From: an uncultured Planctomycetaceae bacterium
Lineage (GTDB): Bacteria > Planctomycetota > Planctomycetia > Planctomycetales > Planctomycetaceae
DNA length: 64,000 nt
Assembly (NCBI GenBank): GCA_963976765.1
Contig: CAXBME010000016.1
Coordinates: 1-64,000 of the forward strand
Direction: 5' to 3'
The position numbers were made by a program, and so were the translations under genes. Position 1 is the first letter of the stretch. The number at the start of each line of letters is the position of its first letter. Below are positions 9,023-18,240 of the stretch, piece by piece. The notes beneath the pieces are model-generated. The model saw nothing but the letters and a program-made list of their open reading frames with translations, was not told the origin of the DNA and ran no database searches.

Positions 9023-9763
9023 GTAGCATATCCGATCAAGTTGGGGCGATAAGTAACTTGTCGTTTCGTCGGGGTTGCTATCGCCTGATTCACCGTGGAT
9101 AAAAGCACTGCAAGTTCACTGATCCTGTCGTTTATTCCGCCATCACGTTGACATTTTCTTCTGGCTCGCTCGCTTGTTTGCTGCCGTTTGTATCGTAGTC
9201 ACCGAACGCGGTTCGGATCATGAAAATTGCGGTCAAGACTCCTAACAACACTAAAGCTCAAGACTTCCATCGGTGCTCTCTTGTTCGTGAGTTGGCGGAC
9301 ACGACTCGTTTCGACATGTACCCACATGTCCAAAATCGGCTGTGCCCATTGGGCAGTTTAAGTCGCAGACCACCGAGAACGAAAACAGACGTATCTATAC
9401 TCTGATGAGGTTTACGACTTGTCAAGCGAACCCGTGAAACGGATGTTTGCAAGCGTGCCAGGTCAACCGCACAAGATCGGCCAGGCCGTTCTTCTGTTGG
9501 CGGGGCATCTGCCAGCGATGGCAAACCGAGGTTATGGCACTGCTTAGCCTTAAGCTCGGTGTCGACTCGCACCCGAAACACTAGTCCTCAGCCATCGTCG
9601 CAGTAGACTTTCCCAGCTTCGATCTCAATCGTTTGGAAGTCTGCGAGCGGTAAAAAGCGAACCATTGCCCGAACAGTGAACGAGCAGGTACCCCATTTTA
9701 CCCTACGAAATGTTCGCATGTCTCCCAGCGTTTCCGCGATGACACGTAAACCTTTGGAGGTTT

Positions 9764-9913
9764 AATTGCGTCCAAGGCATTTGCCGGTGATCGCTGACAG
9801 TGGCGGTTCCAGTCGCAAGGCACACTGAGAGGCTCTGTCGTCGCCGTAGCAGCGTCTTGACAAGTTTTGCGAAACAGATTCCATCGATGGCCCCGAGGCT
9901 CTTAAATCGAAGA
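9764..9913. repeat. 150-bp direct repeat, copy 1
   Basis: 8 mismatches, no gaps, versus 13886-14035. Confidence 0.93.
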
Positions 9914-10069
9914 GTTTCGCAAAGTCTGGCGTAGGATGCCCCGGCAACTCTTGCTCAAGCGTGAATAAATACATGACCGCTGACTGGCGGTCTACCTACA
10001 TGCCGGAGGTCGTTGTGGGCGAGGCATCAGTTGCCTCTTGCATTTATGAAATAACAACGCGATTGAATT

Positions 10070-10360
10070 TCACGACGTCGCTTCTTGCCACAGTTGATGT
10101 ATTCTCGCTCTAGTCTCTGGTGTTGCATACACTGATTTATGTTCCGCCCCAAGAGAATCAATAACGGTGTAAAGCGGGTGAGAATTCTCGGGAGGGTCTT
10201 CAACCTTTCCTTCCACGTAGCGTATAGTGAGCGGCCACCGCGATTCCGCCGACTCTGCCCATTGACGTACAATCTGGACAATCTGGTCTTCGTTAACAAT
10301 ATGCTCTGATCGAACTTTCGGCAGATCTTCATGTGGGACTAAGAAATGTAGCGACTTCAT
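10070..10360 (-). CDS. Small hypothetical protein
   Basis: 96-aa ATG ORF with AAAGG upstream, co-oriented with the element. Confidence 0.5.
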   Translation of the reverse strand: MKSLHFLVPHEDLPKVRSEHIVNEDQIVQIVRQWAESAESRWPLTIRYVEGKVEDPPENSHPLYTVIDSLGAEHKSVYATPETRARIHQLWQEATS

Positions 10361-10776
10361 GAGCTGGCCTTTTCTCGTGTTTTTCTAGTTGTTCTGCCAA
10401 CTTGGAACAAAGCTGTTTCATTACTGGATAACAGCTAGGTTCAGCAGATTCCAAAAACAGACTTTGGTTTGCGTAACGCGTCAGCCGCAACGCCTTGTTC
10501 TGCACGCTGTGAAGAATTGGACTTGACGTTGTTTAGCGAAGTAAAATCCACGACAGAATGTCAACAATGGATTGATTGATAACCTAAATTCGACGGTAGA
10601 TGTCATGACTAACGAATCGGTAATAGCCAGCTGCGACACCAAAAATGCAAATGACAAGCTTGTTGAGCATTTGAAGACACGAATCAGCGATTCTACATTG
10701 TGGATAGACGGGACTGGCCCAGCAGGACATGTACTCATTGCAATGCTAAGGCAGCAGAAGGTTCCTTTTAACGTGC

Positions 10777-11037
10777 TCAGACTGGCCGATTGCAAGACTC
10801 TACGTGAATTGAAGTCGTAGACAGAATCCTATTTTCAACGGCATCCGATATTGAATGAATTACACGAGTGACAACATAGAATTTGCTGTTGTCGATTGGC
10901 GGAGCTGCCCAATTTGACGGGTCGATATGTTCGCCAGCTGAGATTGCCGGAAAAGGCTTTAGCGAACTTGCACTGAAGATGCAGTCGCCGTTGTAGATTT
11001 CAAGGTGATACTCGATCGGAAGAAGGTGATCATTCAT
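10777..11037 (-). CDS. Small hypothetical protein
   Basis: 86-aa ATG ORF with globular beta-rich composition, co-oriented with the element. Confidence 0.5.
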   Translation of the reverse strand: MNDHLLPIEYHLEIYNGDCIFSASSLKPFPAISAGEHIDPSNWAAPPIDNSKFYVVTRVIHSISDAVENRILSTTSIHVESCNRPV

Positions 11038-11463
11038 TCTATGGACCTATTATTTCACTGCCCGGCAGGACACTGGCCGAGCTAGCCTCAGAACCGATTG
11101 TGAATCGTCACTTCGATCAGCGGTAATTCTGGGGATGCGGCTGCCTTCGGACTACTCAGTACGCAGCCTGACACTGACCCGCTCTGCCGGAGACGTCAAG
11201 CTGAGTGTGCGACCGTAAACGGCAGTGAAAGTACGGTCACACATGCCGCGAGTCAAGCAGGTCGAATCCTCACGTCGATTGAACGCGACTGCTTAATCGA
11301 AAGCGGTTTGATCCAGTAATCGCGGAATCAACCAGACACAGAACGTTCTCAACGCTCTGAGATTGCACGATTGGCGTTTGCCATAAGCGAGATTGACGAC
11401 GATCACTCTCCACCAGGCATTCAGCGAGATGCCCGTTGCCTGCTCCAATGCAGGAACCTACGT

Positions 11464-13689
11464 TTATGGATTATCATCGGAGCAGATCACTTCGTACGCC
11501 TCAAGAATTTCGCGAATCCTCGCCCTTTCTTCTTGGCCTACCTTGTGATCAACCGAGGTATTGTCTCCCCAGTATCGAATAGAGGCAACGTCTTTAGCGA
11601 TTGCCAAGGCCTTAAGCATTTCCAATTGTTGACCGACGGCAATGAAGTTGTACTGCTCAACACAGTTCGAGCCGACAACTTTGCGGTTTACTTTACTTGG
11701 GATGACTTCAAAGACTTCGTCATCTGCACGGATTTGGTATTTCCTAACAAAGAGCCAATCGTCCGACACATACTGCAAGGTAACAGCAAACCCTCTTGTT
11801 CCCGATTTTGTCTCGAACATTCCGACAAGAATCTGGTTTGTCCATCGAGTCGGTGTTGATCTATGCGAGTAGTGCTTCATGTCAGTGATCGAATCCAGCT
11901 TCTCCAGCATTCGAGCAAGACGGAGTTGTCGTACCTCAACCGGAACCACAGATGCGCTGCCTCGTTGAAGCGTGAACGTAGATCTTTTCGTGCCATCGTT
12001 TCTGACGAAACTGTATCCTCGCAGCGGGACACGTATGTTTGGGGACAGTTTCCGGAGTGCTGTCAAAAATTCTTCGACCGATGAAATCTTTTCTGTCCCA
12101 AGTTGTGTGATAATATCGCCAGGTTTGAATCCGGCTTCCATTGCGGGGCCGTACGGGTCAACACTGACGACAGATACGCCGCTTCGAATACTAAGCTTAA
12201 AGTCGTTTACTCCTTTTCCTTCTTTCTCGTACAGAGCTCTCGTGTAGTCAAGATCTGCGACGACCAGTCCGATTGCTGGGGCAGAAAGGGCTGGCAAATC
12301 AACATCGCTCGCCGTCACCAACGGAGGTTCGGGAGACGTATATTCGGAAGCGGTAGATGTCAGCGGTGTTGAAGGCTCTTCTGACACCGGTGCAGCATTC
12401 GCCAAGGTCATCAGGGACCTTTTCTTTGCCTCATCGATTGCATTCCGTATGTCGACGCTCGATACCGCAAAATTCAAATTCTGACCAGTTGTCAGAGTCC
12501 ACGTGTTAATTCCAACAACCATTCCGGAGTTGTTAATCAACGGACCACCACTGTTTCCGCTGGATATCGGAGTTGTGGTTTGTAGCCACATTCCTTTGCG
12601 TCCTGTCCTGAATCCCAGTTCCTCAAGGTCACCGGGGCTTCGAACAGCACTGATGATTCCCTCTGATGCAGAGAAATCGAGCCCTTTCGGCGCCCCGAAC
12701 GCAGCAACTCTTTCCCCCTTGCGAGGTAGTTCCTTGGAGATTGGAATTGCCGTCAGATTCGTTGGCGATTTGCATTGAAGAATCGCAATATCGAAAGCGG
12801 GATCTGCAAACAAGGCCCCTTCAATCTCGAATGATCGTCCGTCGACAAACGTTATCTTAGCCACAGTCGCTCCTTCGATGACGTGGTGATTCGTGACGAT
12901 GAGGCCAGTTTCACTTGCAACGAAACCACTTCCGATGGCAGCAGTATCAGGTCCTTCGACATCTATACGAACTACTGACAATTCGACCTTTTCGATGAGA
13001 TCCACGAGTCCCATTGCAACCGGATTCTGTGAGTTGGCTGCGTCGCTCGCGACTGATTTAACAGCAGCCTTCTTGTCGGACGTTTTCGAATCGGGTCGTT
13101 TTACAGGTTCACTATCAGTTCCAACGACACTGTTCGTAACAGCTGTTTCTTTCGCGATTGTAGAGCCTTCTGAGGAATCATCTGCGTGGATACTGTCGTT
13201 CTGATTCGCAGAGCGGGGACCAGAAACATTGCCTGATTCCCGCTTCAAATCCGTCGGTACAGAATGCTGATTTTTCGTGTCTTCCGATAGTGTTTTGAGT
13301 GCCTCGTTGTCGGTTCCGAGGTTTCCGCTAACGACAACAACAAGCAAAAAGACTGAAGCAATTGCGGTGGCGAAAATCCCAACGCGATACTTTGAGGACG
13401 AAGCGGTCGAATCCACCTCAGTGATCACGGCGTCTACAGCTTCATTCGACGTCTCTAGCTGTTCGGATTTCCGAGGCGTCCGTTGTCTATCCTGATTCGT
13501 CAGCAGTCCATTAACTCGTGCAGCACGCACCCATTCGCCATCCTTGCCTTTCCGGACAGGCGTGTTTCGGTCGATCGTTCCGTCCTGGACTGCCGACAAC
13601 ATCTCCGCGCGAGTCACTGGGCCAATCGTGACCCCATCATGATTGAAGTAATACTGCGATTTGGCTGCCATGATTCCCATCCATACCAT
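11464..13689 (-). CDS. Membrane-anchored GYF_2 / trypsin-like serine protease / PDZ protein
   Basis: N-terminal YYFNHDGVTIGPVT...GTIDRNTPVRKG..WV (GYF_2/DUF4339), TM helix, triad VTNHHV / FDIAIL / GNSGGP, PDZ GPAMEAGFKPGDII. Confidence 0.9.
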   Translation of the reverse strand: MVWMGIMAAKSQYYFNHDGVTIGPVTRAEMLSAVQDGTIDRNTPVRKGKDGEWVRAARVNGLLTNQDRQRTPRKSEQLETSNEAVDAVITEVDSTASSSKYRVGIFATAIASVFLLVVVVSGNLGTDNEALKTLSEDTKNQHSVPTDLKRESGNVSGPRSANQNDSIHADDSSEGSTIAKETAVTNSVVGTDSEPVKRPDSKTSDKKAAVKSVASDAANSQNPVAMGLVDLIEKVELSVVRIDVEGPDTAAIGSGFVASETGLIVTNHHVIEGATVAKITFVDGRSFEIEGALFADPAFDIAILQCKSPTNLTAIPISKELPRKGERVAAFGAPKGLDFSASEGIISAVRSPGDLEELGFRTGRKGMWLQTTTPISSGNSGGPLINNSGMVVGINTWTLTTGQNLNFAVSSVDIRNAIDEAKKRSLMTLANAAPVSEEPSTPLTSTASEYTSPEPPLVTASDVDLPALSAPAIGLVVADLDYTRALYEKEGKGVNDFKLSIRSGVSVVSVDPYGPAMEAGFKPGDIITQLGTEKISSVEEFLTALRKLSPNIRVPLRGYSFVRNDGTKRSTFTLQRGSASVVPVEVRQLRLARMLEKLDSITDMKHYSHRSTPTRWTNQILVGMFETKSGTRGFAVTLQYVSDDWLFVRKYQIRADDEVFEVIPSKVNRKVVGSNCVEQYNFIAVGQQLEMLKALAIAKDVASIRYWGDNTSVDHKVGQEERARIREILEAYEVICSDDNP

Positions 13690-13885
13690 ACGACGTCAAC
13701 GTGTTACGCCATTGCCAACAGTTCGCAAAGTGTCCATCTCCTGTGACAATTGTTCAAGCTCATTCCCAAAATGGAGCTGCTGCGGTTGCGTGAATCGTGA
13801 ACGAGTAGGTATCCCGCTTAATTCCGTAATGGAAACATGCGTACCAATACGGCATTTACATCGCAACGTCAACCATATGGAGGCA

Positions 13886-14035
13886 AATTGCGTCCAAGGC
13901 ATTTGCTGGCGATCGCTAATAGTGGAGGTTCCAGTCGCAAGGCACGCTGAGAGGCTCTGTCGTCGCCGTAGCAGCGTCTTGACAAGTTTCGCGGAACAGA
14001 TTCCATCGATGGCCCCGAGGCTCTTAAATCGAAGA
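13886..14035. repeat. 150-bp direct repeat, copy 2
   Basis: Matches 9764-9913. Confidence 0.93.
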
Positions 14036-14390
14036 CGCGCGCGGCGCAGAATGTCTGTGAACTGGCCGGAGCCAGGAACCTACCCATCGAGTCAGTCCTT
14101 CGCCCACATGGACCACCCGTGAAAACAGCCTTGGCTACTGACGCTCCCACGCGGAACAGCAAGAGCCACCGATGCGAAAACAGACCAACCGTTTTTTCGC
14201 CGCAAGTTTTCTGAGTGGTCGATTAACACCAAAACGCATCGAGTCACGGAAAAACAACTCCCCCCCCCCTTCCTATCGCTGACGCGGATCCGGGACGGAG
14301 TCCATCAGTGTGAGGGTTGCGAATTGAGAACTCGCAACGGCTCGGAGTTCCAGAGCAGACGCATCGACGTCTCCGGAATCAGCCTGAGAA

Positions 14391-14600
14391 TTATCCGTTC
14401 GACGACTGCCGGATAATGGCGAGCACTGCATTGCGGATCTCGTTGCTGAGTCCCGGCCAGAGCTGAACGACCTCGCTCAAGTCATCAGGAAGCGTCACAG
14501 ACTCGCGATCGCGCTCAGGACTGCCGAGTGCAACCATTGGCGCAACCACACAATCCCGATCGACGTAACTACTGACTGCGTCATCTATTGCAACTTCTCG
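14391..14600 (-). other. Cryptic 69-aa integrase C-terminal extension, in frame with int only after excision (attP)
   Basis: ORF 14391-14675 shares KKEPPMRLELMTYALRKRR with int across the att core, then continues REVAIDD...LPDDLSEVVQLWPGLSNEIRNAVLAIIRQSSNG*. Confidence 0.65.
14530..14555. repeat. Putative integrase arm-type sites, right arm
   Basis: GCAACCA at 14530 and 14542 followed by CACAATC. Confidence 0.6.
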
Positions 14601-14658
14601 GCGACGCTTTCGTAAAGCGTAGGTCATGAGTTCAAGTCTCATCGGCGGCTCTTTTTTA
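14601..14658 (+). repeat. attR: 58-bp duplicate of the tRNA-Thr 3' part
   Basis: Identical to 331-388; lacks the tRNA 5' end and D arm. Confidence 0.95.
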
Positions 14659-14724
14659 AGTCTATGCTGGATCACGACTTGTGATCACCTGCCGAACGAC
14701 GGCGGTGCAGCAAACGTCCTTGTT

Positions 14725-14747
14725 TACGCGCTTTCATACGCGCTTTC
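14725..14747. repeat. Tandem TACGCGCTTTC (12-bp period), possible arm sites of an older element
   Basis: Copies at 14725 and 14737, between attR and the integrase stump. Confidence 0.5.
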
Positions 14748-14762
14748 TCACAAGGAGTTGCT

Positions 14763-14913
14763 ATGCCACGTCGCCCCAAAAGACCGTCGTACGCGTTTCA
14801 CAAGGCGTCCGGTCAAGCGTACGCTCGCCTGAATGGCCGAATTATTTACCTCGGCAAGCACGGCAGTCCGGAGTCAAAACATCGCTACGATGAAGTCGTG
14901 GCCGAATGGCTTA
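14763..14913 (+). pseudogene. N-terminal ~50-aa stump of a second tyrosine integrase
   Basis: AAGGAG RBS, then MPRRPKRPSYAFHKASGQAYARLNGRIIYLGKHGSPESKHRYDEVVAEWL, recalled as typical of planctomycete integrase N-termini; the frame then looks non-coding. Confidence 0.75.
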
Positions 14914-15573
14914 CTGGCTCGTTTGAGCGTTCATCCTGCAGCGACCGGTTTCGAACCGGGAACCTCGATCGTTCACAACGCCGCTCAACACACCGATCAG
15001 GCCGTAATTGTCTGCATGGATGTCAGCGATTTCTTTCCTCAGACATCCGACGAACGAGTCACAGCCTTCTTCCAAAGAGTCGGCTGGAATCGAGAAATGG
15101 CAGAGCTACTGACAAGGCTGACGACGTGGGAAGGCGGGCTTCCTCAAGGAGCACCGACCAGCCCACGAGTCAGCAACCTGGTCAACCATGTGATGGACGC
15201 TCGGATCGAACGATTCGTGCATCGCCGCAAAGGCACCTGCACAAGATACGCGGACGACATCTGCATCAGCTTCCCAAAGGACTATCCGAAACGCATTCGC
15301 GGAACGGTTCAGATGGTAGCACGCCACCTCAAGGGAGTTGGCTACCAGATGAACGAACAGAAAACGCGCATTCTGAGGCAGCATCAACAGCAGAAAGTGA
15401 CCGGACTGGTCGTCAACGATCGAGTCAACGTCCCTCGCCGCATCCGCCGCAAGCTACGAGCCATCGAACACCGCCTCAACACCGGACAACTCGCGACGAT
15501 GACGCGAGAGCAACTCAATGGCTGGAAGGCCTTGCTCGCGATGGTCGAAAAGCAGCGAGACAGTGATCGATAA
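14911..15573 (+). pseudogene. Retron-type reverse transcriptase, 5'-truncated (ORF track 14833-15573)
   Basis: SIVHNAAQH (NAxxH), MDVSDFF, LPQGAPTSP, TRYADD, QKVTGLVVN (VTG); N-terminal fingers region missing. Confidence 0.85.
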
Positions 15574-15624
15574 AGTTAACCAGGTAGGCCACTGGCTTCG
15601 CCAGTGTTTGAAACCGGCTCTGCA

Positions 15625-15644
15625 GCGTGCGTCTCGACGCACGC
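15625..15644. repeat. REP-like palindrome GTGCGTCTCGACGCAC
   Basis: Same core recurs at 19447-19506. Confidence 0.65.
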
Positions 15645-15651
15645 CACGAGA

Positions 15652-16596
15652 CTAACCGACCTCTGCCATCTCAAGATCGACTCCGGCAAAGGCTGGCAGT
15701 TCCTGCAGCTCTGCTTTGAGCATGCTTTTCTGGACTGACGACAGATTGCTGAGTGGAGCTCGGACGGGACCGCAGTCGATGCCGAGGAAACCCATCACCG
15801 ACTTCGCAGCGGGCAGGAATGAGTACTTCTGGAGTGTTCGGATCATGCGGACAGCTTCGTGCTGGCCGGTTCGAGCAGCGGCGATGTCACCGGACTCGAA
15901 CGAATTGATCATCGCCCGGTAATGAGCAGCAGCAAAGTTGTAGGTGCTGCCGACTGCTCCGGGACAGCCGAACATCGCTCCGGCCAGCATGAACTCGTCG
16001 CAGCCGAAGAGAATTTCGAACTCACCAGTCTCGGCACTGTTGCCGCCCAGGTGCAGACATTCCTGGAGCGCAACGAGGTCGGGGTTTGTAAATTTGAGAC
16101 CTTTGAGATTTGGAATGCGGTCTTTCGCCTTCGTCAGAAATTCCGGCATTGGTAGCCGGACGTCGGTCATCACCGGAATGTCGTACAGATAGAACGGCAA
16201 ATCGCCAGCTGCAGCAGCCACGGGAACACAGCAGTTGATGAGGTCGTCAACGGTGGCCGGCTTCAGGAAACTCGGAGCCATCGAGGCAATCGCATCCGCG
16301 CCTTCGCTCTGAGCGTGAGCAGCCATCTGTCGAGCGTCTTCCACACAGTTGTGTCCAACCTGAACGATGACGTCGATATCGGTTTCGCGGCAGACGTCGA
16401 TCCATCGTTTGGCCAGATCGAGTCTTTCAGGAACGGTTAAAGAAAGACTCTCGCCCGTCGTGCCCGAAACAAAGACACCCGCGATACCGGTTCGCGCGAA
16501 GTGCTCAGCCTGTCGCTCGACGACTGACAGATTCAACGATCCGTCATCGTGGAAGGGTGCGTGAGGTGGAGCGATGAGTTCGAATGTTCCGGCCAT
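15652..16596 (-). CDS. DHDPS-family lyase, N-acetylneuraminate lyase-like
   Basis: VSGTTGES, FYLYDIP, Schiff-base GLKFT, GAVGSTYNF. Confidence 0.88.
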   Translation of the reverse strand: MAGTFELIAPPHAPFHDDGSLNLSVVERQAEHFARTGIAGVFVSGTTGESLSLTVPERLDLAKRWIDVCRETDIDVIVQVGHNCVEDARQMAAHAQSEGADAIASMAPSFLKPATVDDLINCCVPVAAAAGDLPFYLYDIPVMTDVRLPMPEFLTKAKDRIPNLKGLKFTNPDLVALQECLHLGGNSAETGEFEILFGCDEFMLAGAMFGCPGAVGSTYNFAAAHYRAMINSFESGDIAAARTGQHEAVRMIRTLQKYSFLPAAKSVMGFLGIDCGPVRAPLSNLSSVQKSMLKAELQELPAFAGVDLEMAEVG

Positions 16597-16655
16597 GTGG
16601 ACTCCGGGCAGGTGAAACAAGCAGGTTGGACGTCGTCTGCTGGGCAGGATGATTT

Positions 16656-16761
16656 TCTGACGCAAAGGCGAGGAGACACCGCGGTTCGCAAAGGGAATTC
16701 ATGCTGAAGCTGCTTATGTGAAACTTTGCGTTTCTTAGCAACTTTGCGTCTTTGCGTCAGA
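16656..16761. repeat. Intergenic inverted-repeat element (TCTGACGCAAAG...CTTTGCGTCAGA)
   Basis: 12-bp perfect terminal inverted repeat with reiterated CGCAAAG/CTTTGCG units. Confidence 0.7.
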
Positions 16762-17049
16762 CTTTACAAATGTTAGAGCATCTCAATCAGGTTACACGCG
16801 CCGACGAGCCCGGGCGCGTCGGCGGACAGTATCTGTGAGGATGTTTTGAAGTCCAACGTTGTGAGAAACGGATTCTGCCGAATACCCGACGATTGGCTGT
16901 GGAGTTTACGACGATCGGACCGGATCCGTAGAATCCGTGCTTCTACTTCGAAATGTCCTGCCCCGTTATCCTGCTTGGTTCCTGCTGACGGCTTCGTCCA
17001 ATCCAGTCATGAACTTCCCGCCGGCGACCTCTCCACCGAAAGCTGATGA

Positions 17050-18240
17050 ATGACGGCTGAGATTCACTCATCGCTCTCCGCGTTAACCGATTTCGATTTC
17101 GACCCGCGAACTCGCGTGGTCTACGGAAGCGGTGTGATGTCGCAGCTGGGCGAACTGGCAAAAGAACTGGGCAACCGAGCACTCCTCGTCACAGACAGAG
17201 GTCTCAAAGATGCCGGCCATGAAGATCGGGCAATTGCGTCTCTGAATGAAGCTGGCGTCTCAGCAACGACCTTCGACGACGTGCATCCCAACCCGACGAC
17301 AGAAGACGTTGACCGCTGTCTCGTCGTTGCGAAGGAAGCCAATGTCAATCTGATAATCGGCCTCGGTGGCGGCAGCAGCATGGACTGCGCCAAGGGCGCC
17401 AACTTTCTGCTGACCAACGGCGGACGGATGGAAGATTACTGGGGAGTCGGCAAGGCCACGCAGCCGATGCTGCCGATGATCGCCGTGCCGACGACTTCGG
17501 GAACCGGCAGCGAGGCTCAGTCTTTTGCACTGATCGCCAATGCAGAAACTCACATGAAAATGGCATGTGGCGATAAGAAGGCGGCCTGCCGAGTCGCACT
17601 GCTCGATCCGGAACTCACTGTCACGATGCCGGCAACGGTGACCGCGGTGACGGGCATCGATGCCATCAGCCACGCTGTCGAAACTTACGTCACCACCAGA
17701 CGGAACACCGTTTCTCAACTCTTCAGCCGTCGTGCCTGGAGTCTGCTGGCGAAGTCGTTTCCGCGCGTGCTGGAAGAGCCATCCGACCTGGAAGCTCGCG
17801 GCGGGATGCTGGTCGGTTCGCACTTTGCTGGAGCGGCGATTGAGAACTCAATGCTTGGAGCAACGCACGCTCTGGCCAATCCGCTGTCGGCACATTTCGG
17901 TTTGACACACGGCGTCGCAATCGGCGTCATGCTGCCTCACGTCGTGCGGTTTAACGCTTCGGTCGTGGGCAATCTTTATGAAGACCTGGCGACCGACGCC
18001 GGGTTATGCGAAAGTGGAGACCCGTCAGCGGCTGAGCATCTCGCTCAGTACCTGACCGTTATCGTCAAAAGCTGGGGACTGCCGACCAGCCTTGCGGAAT
18101 GCCATGTCCAGACGGACCTCATTCCAGCGATGGCAGAAGAAGCCGCAAAACAGTGGACCGGAACATTCAATCCGCGTCCTGTCAGTGTGAACTCATTTCG
18201 GGAGTTATACGAATGCGCCTTCAACAACGAGACAAACTGA
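17050..18240 (+). CDS. Iron-containing alcohol dehydrogenase
   Basis: [38 protein letters not shown]. Confidence 0.93.
   Translation: MTAEIHSSLSALTDFDFDPRTRVVYGSGVMSQLGELAKELGNRALLVTDRGLKDAGHEDRAIASLNEAGVSATTFDDVHPNPTTEDVDRCLVVAKEANVNLIIGLGGGSSMDCAKGANFLLTNGGRMEDYWGVGKATQPMLPMIAVPTTSGTGSEAQSFALIANAETHMKMACGDKKAACRVALLDPELTVTMPATVTAVTGIDAISHAVETYVTTRRNTVSQLFSRRAWSLLAKSFPRVLEEPSDLEARGGMLVGSHFAGAAIENSMLGATHALANPLSAHFGLTHGVAIGVMLPHVVRFNASVVGNLYEDLATDAGLCESGDPSAAEHLAQYLTVIVKSWGLPTSLAECHVQTDLIPAMAEEAAKQWTGTFNPRPVSVNSFRELYECAFNNETN

Larger units (their letters stand above)
331..14658. mobile_element. tRNA-Thr-integrated element (14,270 bp between att cores) encoding a tyrosine integrase and a family A DNA polymerase
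   Basis: Exact 58-bp att duplication, adjacent integrase, AlpA-like HTH, polymerase module and co-oriented minus-strand genes. Confidence 0.93.

Noticed and set aside
9762..14162. Paralogous ORFs 9762-9974 and 13869-14162
   Set aside because: Similarity comes only from the 150-bp DNA repeat; starts and ends differ and composition is not protein-like
14601..14658. Second tRNA-Thr gene
   Set aside because: Only the 3' 50 nt of the tRNA are present; the 5' acceptor strand and D arm are missing, so it is attR
331..14658. Prophage or conjugative ICE
   Set aside because: No capsid, portal, tail, lysis, T4SS or relaxase genes recognised
14763..15566. 267-aa ORF as a real protein
   Set aside because: Only the first ~50 aa look coding; the rest is an alternate frame of the RT
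14660..15573. Complete functional retron
   Set aside because: RT lacks its N-terminus, the upstream DNA is an integrase stump, and I see no msr-msd or effector
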